Source: a bacterium (lineage in GTDB: Bacteria; Patescibacteriota; CPR2; UBA1875; JAJYID01). Taken from it: DNA of 64,000 bases. The stretch covers positions 177,112-241,111 of the forward strand of contig JAUSJO010000002.1 of NCBI GenBank assembly GCA_030647205.1, in the 5' to 3' direction. This document shows positions 28,437 to 38,313 of this stretch, in pieces. Both the position numbers and the translations under genes were made by a program. Below the pieces are notes generated by a model. It was not told where the DNA came from. It was given only the letters and a program-made list of their open reading frames with translations, and searched no databases. Position 1 is the stretch's first letter; the number at the start of each line of letters is the position of its first letter.

Positions 28437-29609
28437 ATGAAAATTTGCATAATTGCGCCGCTTGTCATACCGATTCTGGGTAACGAGCAGGAATACGGCG
28501 GCATCGAGACAGTTATATCGATAGCATCGGAAGAACTTGTGAAAAGAGGTCACGAGGTCTATATGTTTGCTTCAGGTGACTCTAAAACCTCGGCGAAACT
28601 AATAGCAACAACACCAAAATCTTTTGGGCAAGGCATCTCTTTTGAGAAAGAAAAAGAATTTAACTTAAAAGCCTATAAGATGGCAGTAGATATGCAGCCG
28701 GATATTATTTGGGATCATACACTGGCAATACATGCTCACACGCTTCACAAAGACACGTCAAAGTTTATCTTCAAGATGGATATTGAACTTAAATCTGAAG
28801 AGCTAGTCGATACAAATGATATACCGGTTATTCATACTTTGCATGGGCCAGCCAAGGACCATACTCCGAAGATAATTCAGGCTTTGTCAGATGCAGGGCA
28901 TTTCTTGGTTAGTATTAGTAAAGATCAGGCAAGGCAGTTTTTGCCTTTTTTTGATATCAAACAGCATCTGGGAACTGTTTATAATGCTGTCAACTTAGAC
29001 CTATACTCTGCCAATTACGATAAAAAAGGTGACTATCTGCTTTGGGTAGGAAGGTATTGTATGGAGAAAGGCCCGCACATAGCCATAGAAGTGGCTCATA
29101 AAGTAGAAATACCGATTAAGCTAATTGGTAAGGTGGCTGAAAAGCACGAGGTCGCATACTTCAAAAAATTTGTTGAGCCGATGCTGAGTCCAAAAGATAA
29201 AGTTCTCGGCATGGTGAGCGCGAAAGAAAAAATAAATCTTCTCAGAAATGCTAAAGCGACAATGATGACAAACTTATGGGCCGAGCCGTTTGGTTTAGTG
29301 GCGGCCGAGTCTATGGCTTCCGGGACGCCGGTAGTGGGGCCATCTCTTGGTTCGCTCACTGAGCTTATTGATCAAGCCGGCGTTTTGGTACCGGTAGGCG
29401 ATCTCACATTAGACGAAAATGACACGAGGGTGACGTCATCTCAGCGTGAATATATTGACCGGATTGTTAAATATATGGGGAAAATAGACAAAATCCCTCC
29501 ATCAGTACCGAGGAAAAGGGCAGAATTTTTATTTTCTCCAAAAAATAACGCCGATGGTTATGAAGAAGCTTTCTTAAAAGCTATGTATCTCAAGAAATCT
29601 CTCTCTTAG
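28437..29609 (+). CDS. GT4 glycosyltransferase
   Basis: YGGIE, EKGPHIAI, EPFGLVAAESMASGTPV. Confidence 0.9.
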   Translation: MKICIIAPLVIPILGNEQEYGGIETVISIASEELVKRGHEVYMFASGDSKTSAKLIATTPKSFGQGISFEKEKEFNLKAYKMAVDMQPDIIWDHTLAIHAHTLHKDTSKFIFKMDIELKSEELVDTNDIPVIHTLHGPAKDHTPKIIQALSDAGHFLVSISKDQARQFLPFFDIKQHLGTVYNAVNLDLYSANYDKKGDYLLWVGRYCMEKGPHIAIEVAHKVEIPIKLIGKVAEKHEVAYFKKFVEPMLSPKDKVLGMVSAKEKINLLRNAKATMMTNLWAEPFGLVAAESMASGTPVVGPSLGSLTELIDQAGVLVPVGDLTLDENDTRVTSSQREYIDRIVKYMGKIDKIPPSVPRKRAEFLFSPKNNADGYEEAFLKAMYLKKSLS

Positions 29610-29670
29610 ATTCAACCACATCTATTATTTTGACATAATGATATTTTTAGTTGTTAATATGAAATTATTA

Positions 29671-29699
29671 TTGACAAAATAAAGTGATTATGTTAAGAT
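29671..29699 (+). promoter_or_regulatory. sigma70 promoter with extended -10
   Basis: TTGACA-17 nt-(TG)TAAGAT. Confidence 0.55.
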
Positions 29700-29822
29700 T
29701 GTATTTGCCATTTTATTTGGCATATTTTTTTGTTCCTTAAAAACTAGAAAAGGAGAAATTATCGACTGAAACCACTGTGTTCAAGTTATTACTAGAGGAA
29801 GGCATAAAACGAGGAGATCCAG

Positions 29823-30074
29823 ATGAACAATCGACAACATGGATTTGTAACTGGGTCTCATCAGGCATCAGAAGGACGCAGGGTCTGGACGGTGCGTGTG
29901 AAAGACCCAAGCAGCAAGTACGATGGGCGCAAGCTTGTCGTTGCTTCAGTTCGCGAAGAACTGGAGTTGGCAAGAGGACTTAATGTCCACTTTGCCATTG
30001 GCAGCGTAGATGACCGTGAAGGGAAAAAAACTCTAAGAGCGGTCGATGTATGCCTTGAAGAAGTAGGCGATTAG
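29823..30074 (+). CDS. Small OB-fold-like protein
   Basis: GAGGAG SD; GFVTG..GLNVHFAIG..RAVDV pattern recalls cold-shock/OB folds. Confidence 0.65.
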   Translation: MNNRQHGFVTGSHQASEGRRVWTVRVKDPSSKYDGRKLVVASVREELELARGLNVHFAIGSVDDREGKKTLRAVDVCLEEVGD

Positions 30075-30111
30075 CACTATCGTAATGTCAAATCCGAAAA
30101 GGAGAGCCGAG

Positions 30112-31611
30112 ATGGACAACCAGTCAAAAGTACGGGACATGTTTCAGGAAGCAATGCAGGGTGGGAGCAATCCTCTGAGTGAGGCGTTCGAACAGTTTAT
30201 ATCAACTCTGATGTCGGGTGCCGACGATCATGTCTATGATCCTTCTGTCGAGAGAACTGGTGACAAGGTCATCATTCCCGATGGAGCAAGTATCCCCGAT
30301 GTGATGTCGTCTCTGAGGCGCCAGCATATGATCGAGGAACAGGTCACAAAGATTCATTTTGACCTTCCTGTCTCTCCATGGGACGGTGCTTTGGCGCTGA
30401 CGAAGGCGATCAAGAAGAACATAGGCCCGATTATCCAGAAAGATGGCCTTTTTGGAGCACATCAGATGGATGTCGAGGTCGATCTTGGGAAGACCGTTTC
30501 CGTACCGTGGGGATACTTTGAGATTCCCGGTATGGACGACGCAGAAGTTCAGACTGATTACACGTTCAGAGATGGCCGCGTAGTCTTCCAGTGCAACATC
30601 GAGTGCAAGCGCAAGTATGAGGAGCGGGTTCGCCGGTTGATCGATACTGTTCGTGAGATAGCTGCGAAGGAGAGTCTCCATCGCGGTAAGGCGTTCAGTA
30701 TCGCTTTCCGCGATGAAGATGGAGATCCTATCCGGCTACCGATGCCGAAGTTCTTCGAATTCCTGGATGATGAGCCGATTTTCTCAACCGAGATGGAAGA
30801 GCAGATCGAAAGGAACGTTTTCGTTCCGATTCGGTATGCCGAAGAGATGCGGGAAATGGACGAGTCACTCAAGCGCGGAGTGCTTTTCACCGGTAAATAC
30901 GGTGTGGGCAAGACTCTGCTTGCGAGCCACATTGCTCGTATTGCTACGGCTGAGGGCTGGACGTTCATATATGTCAAGGACTCCAGGGAGCTTCCGGCGG
31001 CGCTTCGGTTCGCCCAGCAGTATCAGCCGGTAGTCGTATACGCTGAGGATGTGGATCGCGTAGCTGGTCCGGAACGTACCGATGATGTGAATGATCTCTT
31101 AAATGAGCTCGATGGTGTTGACTCGAAGTCGGCGGAAATTCTAACGATCCTGACTTCAAATCATCCCGATCATATCAACGCAGCTATGCTGCGTCCCGGA
31201 CGTGTCGATCTGGTGCTGGAAGTTCTGCCTCCTGACGCCGAAACCGTGCAGCGTATGATCATACGCTACTGCGGTGACGCGCTCGAGCAGAATGCTGACC
31301 TAACGGCAGCGTCACAGATCCTCGAGGGAGAGACTCCCGCGCGGGTTCGCGAAGCTATCGGTCGGGCAAAGCTCGAGTCCCTGCGTCGTACGGGAGATCG
31401 GACAGCGAAGATCACCGGTGATGATCTCGAGGCAGTTGCCAACGAGGTCAAGGCTGAGGCCAGCCTTATCCAGTCGAACGCAAAAGGCTCGGGCAAAGAT
31501 CATACTGCTCAGATCGCAGATGGGTTCGCTGATGTGATCAGCGCCGTAAAGGCATCTATGACTGATGGCGGCAACGGCCATGGTAAAAAGGACCAGATCG
31601 CTCGCGTTTAG
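30112..31611 (+). CDS. AAA+ ATPase with unknown N-terminal domain
   Basis: Walker A GKYGVGKT, Walker B VVYAEDVD, SRH TSNH..AMLRPGRVD; AAGGAG SD. Confidence 0.88.
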   Translation: MDNQSKVRDMFQEAMQGGSNPLSEAFEQFISTLMSGADDHVYDPSVERTGDKVIIPDGASIPDVMSSLRRQHMIEEQVTKIHFDLPVSPWDGALALTKAIKKNIGPIIQKDGLFGAHQMDVEVDLGKTVSVPWGYFEIPGMDDAEVQTDYTFRDGRVVFQCNIECKRKYEERVRRLIDTVREIAAKESLHRGKAFSIAFRDEDGDPIRLPMPKFFEFLDDEPIFSTEMEEQIERNVFVPIRYAEEMREMDESLKRGVLFTGKYGVGKTLLASHIARIATAEGWTFIYVKDSRELPAALRFAQQYQPVVVYAEDVDRVAGPERTDDVNDLLNELDGVDSKSAEILTILTSNHPDHINAAMLRPGRVDLVLEVLPPDAETVQRMIIRYCGDALEQNADLTAASQILEGETPARVREAIGRAKLESLRRTGDRTAKITGDDLEAVANEVKAEASLIQSNAKGSGKDHTAQIADGFADVISAVKASMTDGGNGHGKKDQIARV

Positions 31612-31635
31612 GCGATTCTCTCGATCTAGTTACAA

Positions 31636-31682
31636 GTCCCCCGCTGACGTTAAGTCGGCGGGGGATATTTTTTATTTTTTTC
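31636..31682 (+). terminator. Intrinsic terminator
   Basis: GTCCCCCGCTGAC-gttaa-GTCGGCGGGGGAT then T-tract. Confidence 0.8.
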
Positions 31683-31800
31683 TGTTATCGGAGTGAGCTA
31701 GGAGGTATATGAAGGCGCCGAGAAAAACCAGGAATAGTCCTGTTCCAATAGGTGACCCCCAGCCAAGAATCGGATATAAGTCCATTTTTAGCTCCTTTAA

Positions 31801-31992
31801 TTATTTTTTATCTTTGACTTTGAAGTCACAGCACGACCAAGAGTGCATCGATCTTCTTTTAACTAATATAGAGATGCCGAACGCGATAAGCAGTAGCGGC
31901 CAGAAAATACTCCAGAAGTCCCCCGGAAGATAGCCGAGATTTTGTAGTAGCCATGCAATGCCGGCGACAATTATCATACTTGCAAATATCAT
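31801..31992 (-). CDS. Small membrane protein (LiaF/DUF5668-like)
   Basis: GIAWLLQNLG..FWPLLLIAFG; AAGGAG SD. Confidence 0.7.
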   Translation of the reverse strand: MIFASMIIVAGIAWLLQNLGYLPGDFWSIFWPLLLIAFGISILVKRRSMHSWSCCDFKVKDKK

Positions 31993-32129
31993 TTTTTACT
32001 CCTTTTTATCTTCCTTTTATTATATTTTATTTATAGTAGTTTACAATAGCCTATGTATTCTGCTGTAATCTATCCATTTTTAGCATTCACAAATTGTGCA
32101 AAATCAGCTATAATAGTCAAGTTAAATCC

Positions 32130-32205
32130 GCCCTGGTAGCTCAATGGATAGAGCAACAGCCTTCTAAGCTGTAGGTTACTGGTTCGAGTCCAGTCCAGGG
32201 CACCA
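32130..32205 (+). tRNA. tRNA-Arg(TCT)
   Basis: ACAGC-CT-TCT-AA-GCTGT, CCA end. Confidence 0.96.
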
Positions 32206-32221
32206 GAGAAATTTAATATGC

Positions 32222-32297
32222 GGGTTGCTAGCTCAATCGGTAGAGCAACTGCCTCTTAAGCAGTAGGTTCTGGGTTCAAGTCCCAGGCAACCCACCA
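32222..32297 (+). tRNA. tRNA-Lys(CTT)
   Basis: ACTGC-CT-CTT-AA-GCAGT, CCA end. Confidence 0.96.
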
Positions 32298-32429
32298 AAA
32301 TAAACCTTCGTTTTGCGGAGTTTTTATTTTTGGTTGTATTGGGTGAGAATACAGTCTAAGATTAAAATCAAAAGACATTGAAACCAGGTATGAATCGTGT
32401 ATAATATATTTACTAAGTAGGAGAAAAAA

Positions 32430-32975
32430 ATGGCAGAGGATCAAAATACAATTCAGGATAACAATAATATGAAGATTGCGGTTACCATAATAATTTTATT
32501 AGTGGTGCTACTTGCGGTAGCGGTTTTTTCTTTACAACAAAAGAAAAACAGTAATAGTGTAGTCAGCGATACGGCAGCAACCAACACAACCGAAAATACA
32601 GGATCTGCTTCTGGCAGAGATACAGTAGCCGGTGATGCCGGGTCTCTTGGTAAAAACGAAGTGAAGCTCACTGATGCAAACTTTGCTTCTGAGGTAGAAA
32701 ACTCTAAGGGGGTATTCCTAGTGGATTTTTATCTTTCTACTTGTCCTCATTGCCAGAAAGTAGCTAAAGATGTAACAGCAGTATCTGACGAGCTTGTGGG
32801 GAAAGCTAAAGTTGGCAAACTCGAGGGGAGAGAAAGCAACACAACAGCGACCAAATATAATGTTCAAGGAGTACCAACTTTCATCGTCTTTAAGGATGGA
32901 AAACAGGTCGATCAAGCTGAAGGAGAGAGAACTAAGCAGCAGCTTTTGGATATGGTAAATAAATATCTAAAATAA
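32430..32975 (+). CDS. Membrane-anchored thioredoxin-fold protein (CPHC)
   Basis: N-terminal TM, LVDFY..CPHC, VQGVPTF. Confidence 0.88.
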   Translation: MAEDQNTIQDNNNMKIAVTIIILLVVLLAVAVFSLQQKKNSNSVVSDTAATNTTENTGSASGRDTVAGDAGSLGKNEVKLTDANFASEVENSKGVFLVDFYLSTCPHCQKVAKDVTAVSDELVGKAKVGKLEGRESNTTATKYNVQGVPTFIVFKDGKQVDQAEGERTKQQLLDMVNKYLK

Positions 32976-32984
32976 ACTTTCAAA

Positions 32985-33018
32985 AGAAAATGGAGGCTCA
33001 AACGAGCCTCCATTTTCT
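32985..33018. terminator. Bidirectional terminator
   Basis: AGAAAATGGAGGCTC-aaac-GAGCCTCCATTTTCT between convergent genes. Confidence 0.8.
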
Positions 33019-33024
33019 ATGTGA

Positions 33025-33405
33025 TTATTTCTTGTAGTATTTCAAGATCTCTTTGACTTTGTTTACCACTTCGATAGGAGTCATGTCAGCTTTTACTATA
33101 TAGTCAGTTGCACCGATCTTATAAATCTCCTCGGACGTAGCCTCATTGCCCAGATTTGTCAGTATTATGACGAGCATATCTTGTTTATCGGGGGTTTGCC
33201 TAATATTTTTTAGCACTTCAAGGCCATTAACTTTTGGCATCATGATATCTAGAAGGATAATATCAGGTGTGAAAGTTTCCAGTTGGTCAAGGGCTGCTTG
33301 CCCGTCCTCTGCAACATGAACTTCAAAGCCTTCAAGTTCAAACTTGCGCTTGTACATGTCAATAAGCTGGATATCATCTTCGGCAAGAAGTATTTTGTAT
33401 GCCAT
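33025..33405 (-). CDS. Single-domain response regulator (CheY-like)
   Basis: ILLAEDD, LLDIMMPKVNG, LTN, YIVK. Confidence 0.93.
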   Translation of the reverse strand: MAYKILLAEDDIQLIDMYKRKFELEGFEVHVAEDGQAALDQLETFTPDIILLDIMMPKVNGLEVLKNIRQTPDKQDMLVIILTNLGNEATSEEIYKIGATDYIVKADMTPIEVVNKVKEILKYYKK

Positions 33406-33506
33406 AACCTTCGACTATCTTATGAACCGATTTTAGCCTTTATTTATGTCCTTGTCAAACAGGACCGTTTCTATAGAAAAATTTACAAATCTGTTATAAT
33501 TATGCC

Positions 33507-33854
33507 ATGAGAAAAGATGTATCTTTGCTCAGAAGACCCGGTTTATTATGGCTACCTGCATTTGTTTTGCCAAGTATGTCCTATGCCCAGACAATAGACT
33601 TAGCTGATAAGTCCACGTCATTGACTGATTTGTTTTTGAGGGCAGTTAACTGGGGTCTTTTAGCTATAATTTTAGCTGGACTTTTAACGATGCCTTTGGT
33701 TGGACGTTCTTGGTATAAAAGAAATCGGGCAGACCACACTTGGGTTGATTTCTTCAAATCAGGAAATTTTGCGATCAGGATTTCCATCATTATTCTTGCA
33801 TTTATACTGTGGATCTTTAAGATTATCGACTACGTCACCCATAAGTTTCTTTAG
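33507..33854 (+). CDS. Hypothetical membrane protein
   Basis: Signal-like N-terminus plus 2 TM. Confidence 0.6.
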   Translation: MRKDVSLLRRPGLLWLPAFVLPSMSYAQTIDLADKSTSLTDLFLRAVNWGLLAIILAGLLTMPLVGRSWYKRNRADHTWVDFFKSGNFAIRISIIILAFILWIFKIIDYVTHKFL

Positions 33855-33931
33855 ATAATCCTAGGGGCAAAAAGTTTTATTGACGGGTGGGAATATAAAG
33901 CTTTATAATTTAGGAAGTAACTTACGAGATT

Positions 33932-36052
33932 ATGGAAGAAAAATATACAACATGGAAAGATATGCGAGAGCCGCTTCCCTATGAAAATGATGGTAAAAAA
34001 GGGCAAAAACCAGGGGGAGAACAGGCATTAGCAAATGATAAGAAAGCGGAGTATTTGGGAGCTTTAGATAAGGAGCTTGCTTCCCTTGTTGAATCCGGCA
34101 GGATTAGCCCGGAAGAAGCTAAGGGGAAAAGAGAGAGAGCTGAGCAGATCAAAACCGGGTTTTCCGATGACCTGGCTCACGATGCTCTTATGTTCGCTAC
34201 AGCAGGGGTTGTTAGTGAGAAGGAAAGAATAGAAATTATCAATAAGGGCCGAAAAGGCAAATCTGACTTCAAGGGTGTAAATCCCTCTGATTTTCGCACG
34301 CCTTATGATTGGGAGGAGAAGAGTGATGATTCTGAGGCAGAGCCTCATAATGAAAAACAAAAAGAAGAATTTCTTAAGGCGCTAGACAAAGAGCTCGTCT
34401 CCATGGTTAGGTCCGGTAAAATTAGCCTAGAAGAGGCAGAAGGAAAAAGAAAAAGAGCTGAACTGATCGAAACCGGACTTTCTGATGATCCGGAAGAGAA
34501 GGCGATTAGTTTTGCTCGAGAGGGCATTGAAGGCGCTGAAGATGATCCTAAGACCAAAGATCTCAACTCAGAAAAAAGTGAGAAGATCAAAGCTCTAAGA
34601 GAAAAGATTGACAAGATTAGCAAAGAACTGGAAGGACTAATCAAGGAACTTGAAAAGATTCAAAGTGGAGAGACTACTTCAGAGGAGGATGAGGAGAAGG
34701 AAGATGAAGAAGACGAAAAGGCAGACATTTATGAGACCCCGGCCTATAAAGAGGTGATTGCCGAGAGGGAAAAATACCTTAAAGCTATGGCGAAGAAAAG
34801 GAAGTGGTTTAGACGGGGGGCGAAGAACGGCACTGAGGAGCTAAGAGAAAAATATATCGACAGTTTGAACAAGTTTGTTGCCGAAAGGGTTGCCGCAATG
34901 AAGGGAGAGGGTCTTTCTGAAGAAGAGATAAGCCGTGAAGTTTCCAAGTTGGTTGTCGGGGAAACATACGACAGAACTAATAGAGAGGTTGAACTGGCGA
35001 ATGATAAAAAATCGAGGAGGGTTTTAAACTGGTTCAAGCAACATCCGAAGCTGCGTATGGTGATAGGTGGAGCTTTGACTGTAGGGGCTGTCGCTGCAGG
35101 TGCTACGGGTGCATTTCCGTTATCTGTCGCTTTTCTTGGCGCAAGGGCAGCAGTTGGAGGTGTGGGTACAGCTATCGCGGCCGAAGGCGGACTTGACTGG
35201 TTAGGAGAAAAGTATAGCCGTAAGCGCGGTGCAATGAGCGGAAACTCAAAGGAAGATATAGACGCGCTGAGGCATAAGGAAATGACAAGCTGGAATCTAA
35301 ACCCTACCGATAAGATGAGTTATGAGGAATGGGTAAAGACAATGGCAAGAGCGGAGGATATGGTTGCAGCGACATTGTCTCAGTCACTAGACAAAAAGCT
35401 GGCGGCTCATCTGGCGCATTCCGTGAGAAAAGGAAAGATGTTCGAAAAAGAAGATATAGTCGATATATCGGTAGAAAAACGAAATCAGTTTGAAAGAGAT
35501 ATGGTGTCAATGATGGCAAAGGGTATAAGTGTAGACGGAGCAAGGGCAAATCTTGTTGAAGCTTCGGTCCGTACAGAGCTCTTGGCAGTCGAGAATGCTC
35601 AAGACAGAGAAAGAACCAGATCCATACAGAGATGGGCAGCAGCAGGAGCTCTTGGTGTTATTTCGGCAGGAGTTTTCTTTGGCAGAGGTCTTGGTAATAT
35701 AAGAGCCCAAGAAGCTGCTATGTCCGGCAAATCGTCCTTGGCGGATCATCCTAAAGCAGCAGCATCAGTACCAAAAGAAGCGGCTCATGTTCCATCTTTA
35801 CAAGAAAAGGTTAGCAATTACAGCGTAACTGAAGTTGCAAAGCCGGGTGATGGAAACTGGATGCTTGCCGAAAGAGGTCTGGATAGTTTCAAGGACCAGT
35901 TTGGCTTCCATGATTTGACCAAGACTCAAGATATTATAGCTACTGATTATATAAAGGATGTTTTGGGTGAGCAAGGACTACAGATAGGGGAAACCAAACG
36001 GATACCCGGTACTCTTATCAACGAGGCGTATAACTATGCCAAGGCTCATTAA
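33932..36052 (+). CDS. Large charged hypothetical protein with internal duplication and TM hairpin
   Basis: 706-aa ORF; repeated ALDKEL..SGxIS.EEA.GKR.RAE.I.TG.SDD; Gly/Ala-rich hydrophobic segments. Confidence 0.75.
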   Translation: MEEKYTTWKDMREPLPYENDGKKGQKPGGEQALANDKKAEYLGALDKELASLVESGRISPEEAKGKRERAEQIKTGFSDDLAHDALMFATAGVVSEKERIEIINKGRKGKSDFKGVNPSDFRTPYDWEEKSDDSEAEPHNEKQKEEFLKALDKELVSMVRSGKISLEEAEGKRKRAELIETGLSDDPEEKAISFAREGIEGAEDDPKTKDLNSEKSEKIKALREKIDKISKELEGLIKELEKIQSGETTSEEDEEKEDEEDEKADIYETPAYKEVIAEREKYLKAMAKKRKWFRRGAKNGTEELREKYIDSLNKFVAERVAAMKGEGLSEEEISREVSKLVVGETYDRTNREVELANDKKSRRVLNWFKQHPKLRMVIGGALTVGAVAAGATGAFPLSVAFLGARAAVGGVGTAIAAEGGLDWLGEKYSRKRGAMSGNSKEDIDALRHKEMTSWNLNPTDKMSYEEWVKTMARAEDMVAATLSQSLDKKLAAHLAHSVRKGKMFEKEDIVDISVEKRNQFERDMVSMMAKGISVDGARANLVEASVRTELLAVENAQDRERTRSIQRWAAAGALGVISAGVFFGRGLGNIRAQEAAMSGKSSLADHPKAAASVPKEAAHVPSLQEKVSNYSVTEVAKPGDGNWMLAERGLDSFKDQFGFHDLTKTQDIIATDYIKDVLGEQGLQIGETKRIPGTLINEAYNYAKAH

Positions 36053-36084
36053 TTTTTAGAAAGTTTTATTAAAGGAGGTACTCG

Positions 36085-36420
36085 ATGAATAACCAAACAA
36101 GCAACTTAATAACCGATCTCGGTCTCGATGGACTACCGGAAGATGAAAAGAATGAAATGATAGTAAAGCTTTCGGAGTCACTGCAAAACAGGATCACCCT
36201 AAGGCTGACTGATACTCTATCTGATGAGCAAAAAAAAGAAATGGATAAGCTGATAACACAAGGTGATGACGACAAAGTCGGGGAATATTTGGTCAAGTCA
36301 GTTCCGGGTATAGACTTCATCATGAAAGATGAATATGAAAAGTTTAGAGATGAGATTTTGAGTGAAAATCAGGAAATAAAGGGAAGAATAGAAGAATTTC
36401 AGAAAAAACAAAAATCTTAA
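36085..36420 (+). CDS. DUF5663-like helical protein
   Basis: LGLDGLPEDEK..LQNRITLRL..LSDEQ; AAGGAGG SD. Confidence 0.7.
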   Translation: MNNQTSNLITDLGLDGLPEDEKNEMIVKLSESLQNRITLRLTDTLSDEQKKEMDKLITQGDDDKVGEYLVKSVPGIDFIMKDEYEKFRDEILSENQEIKGRIEEFQKKQKS

Positions 36421-36541
36421 GCAGACCATTCTATAGGCTTAAGTTCTAAAGTTAGCAAAAGAACCAAGAAATAGTGTGAATTCTTGGTTCTTTTGTAATA
36501 TAAGTACTTAAAAATAATATTTTTTACGTTATAATCTACTT

Positions 36542-37429
36542 ATGTCAAAGGCAGTTATCCAAATCAAAGATCTGAAAAAATACTTCGGCAAGGTGAAAGC
36601 TGTCGACGGTATTTCTTTTGACATAGAAAAGGGAGAGATTTTTGGATTCCTAGGTCCGAATGGCGCAGGGAAAACAACTACCATAAGATGTATAATGAAC
36701 TTTTTGTATCCGACCTTAGGTTCTATTTCGATACTTGGTAAAGATGCGGTTAAAGACAGTGTATTTTTGAAATCAAAGATCGGCTATCTGCCGGGAAATG
36801 TCAGCCTGAATAACAACTGGACAGGAAAGAGTCACATAGAATATATAGAGTCCATCAGGGGGAAGTCGGAAAATGCCCGTGAGCTGGCTAAAAAATTCGA
36901 TCTTGATCTCTCGAAGAAATTTAAAAACCTCTCATCGGGAAACAAGCAGAAACTTGGCCTTGTTCTGGCTCTGATGTCCGATCCCGAGATAGTTATTATG
37001 GATGAGCCAACTGTTGGGCTTGATCCGCTTCTTCAGAATCTTATATATGAAGTGCTGGAAGATCTGAGGAAAAAGGGGGCAACTATCCTTATTTCCTCGC
37101 ATAATCTCAGTGAAGTCGAGAGACTTTGCGATAGAGTCGGGATAATCAAGGCCGGCAAGATGGTTACGGTGGAGCCAGTCGCGAAACTGGAGGGAAAGAA
37201 ACTCCATAGGGTTGAAGTGCGCTTTTCCGACAAATATCAGAAAGAAGAATTCAAAGTTAAGGGTGTTGATACAATAGAGGAAATAACCGGGGGATTCATC
37301 TTTACGGTTGGGGGAGATTTGAACCCGTTGCTACAAAAAATAACCAAGCATAAGATCACTGACATTGAAATAACTCATGCCAATCTGGAAGAGATATTTT
37401 TAAAGTTTTACGAGGGAGGGCCGAAGTAA
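36542..37429 (+). CDS. ABC-2 type exporter ATP-binding protein
   Basis: GPNGAGKT, LSSGNKQK, DEPTVGLD. Confidence 0.92.
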   Translation: MSKAVIQIKDLKKYFGKVKAVDGISFDIEKGEIFGFLGPNGAGKTTTIRCIMNFLYPTLGSISILGKDAVKDSVFLKSKIGYLPGNVSLNNNWTGKSHIEYIESIRGKSENARELAKKFDLDLSKKFKNLSSGNKQKLGLVLALMSDPEIVIMDEPTVGLDPLLQNLIYEVLEDLRKKGATILISSHNLSEVERLCDRVGIIKAGKMVTVEPVAKLEGKKLHRVEVRFSDKYQKEEFKVKGVDTIEEITGGFIFTVGGDLNPLLQKITKHKITDIEITHANLEEIFLKFYEGGPK

Positions 37430-38238
37430 TGCGAGGTATATTTACGAGATTCTTTAAGGATAAAAAAGCCATGACCATTGGCTTCTGCCTTGGCGCATTA
37501 GGGTTTATCGAGATGTATGTCGCTCTCTTCCCCTCAATCCAAAAGCAAGCGAACGAACTCAATAAAATGATGGAGTCATTTCCGAAAGAGTTTATGAAGG
37601 TATTTGGCATGGATAGTGCTCAGCTGATGTTTGCTAAACTGGAAAATTATATGTCAACTGAGTATTTCAGTTTTTTCTGGCCGATCTTGGTGACTATTAT
37701 GGCAATCTCATTCGCAAATGCTATCTGTGTGGGTGAAATAGAGAAAAAAACAATTGAGATTACCTTGGCTCAGCCGATTTCCAGGGCCAAAATACTACTC
37801 TCGAGATATCTGGGAGGCGCCTTGGCCATCACACTTTTTACTGTCGTTTCCTCATATGGCATTCTTGGTTTCGCATTTCTGCACAAGATAGACTATAGTC
37901 TGGCTAACTATGCCACGGTTGCTTTTGTGGGCACTCTTTGCGGTTTGGCAATATTCTCAATAGCGACATTTTTCTCTGTTCTTTTTTCAGAAAGAGGGCG
38001 CTCGACCATGGCCACTGTAGGTATTTTGCTCCTTATGTATGCCCTAAACATCATTTCCGGGCTGAAAGATAGCTTACAAAATCTAAAATATGTATCTTTC
38101 TTCCACTATTTCAATGCTCCTGAAGTCTTTGGTAACAACAGGATAGTTGACTGGTCGATAATAGTTTTTGCAGGAACAATATTGCTCTTTCTCCTAGCCG
38201 CGGTCCTCCGTTTTCAGAAAAGAGATATTTCAGTCTAG
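37429..38238 (+). CDS. ABC-2 type permease
   Basis: 6 TM, GEIEKKT..LAQPISR, FQKRDI. Confidence 0.88.
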   Translation: MRGIFTRFFKDKKAMTIGFCLGALGFIEMYVALFPSIQKQANELNKMMESFPKEFMKVFGMDSAQLMFAKLENYMSTEYFSFFWPILVTIMAISFANAICVGEIEKKTIEITLAQPISRAKILLSRYLGGALAITLFTVVSSYGILGFAFLHKIDYSLANYATVAFVGTLCGLAIFSIATFFSVLFSERGRSTMATVGILLLMYALNIISGLKDSLQNLKYVSFFHYFNAPEVFGNNRIVDWSIIVFAGTILLFLLAAVLRFQKRDISV

Positions 38239-38313
38239 CCATCAACTCGTAATTTCCTTGTTCTCAAGGCAAATTTGTGCTAGAATCTTTGCTATTCGTT
38301 TAATATAGGAAAA

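Noticed and set aside
29737-29983. Alternative ORFs 29777..29983(+) and 29737..29973(-)
   Set aside because: 29823..30074 has the SD and a protein-like sequence; the others have neither.
32256-32444. 62-aa minus-strand ORF
   Set aside because: Overlaps tRNA-Lys antisense; no coding signals.
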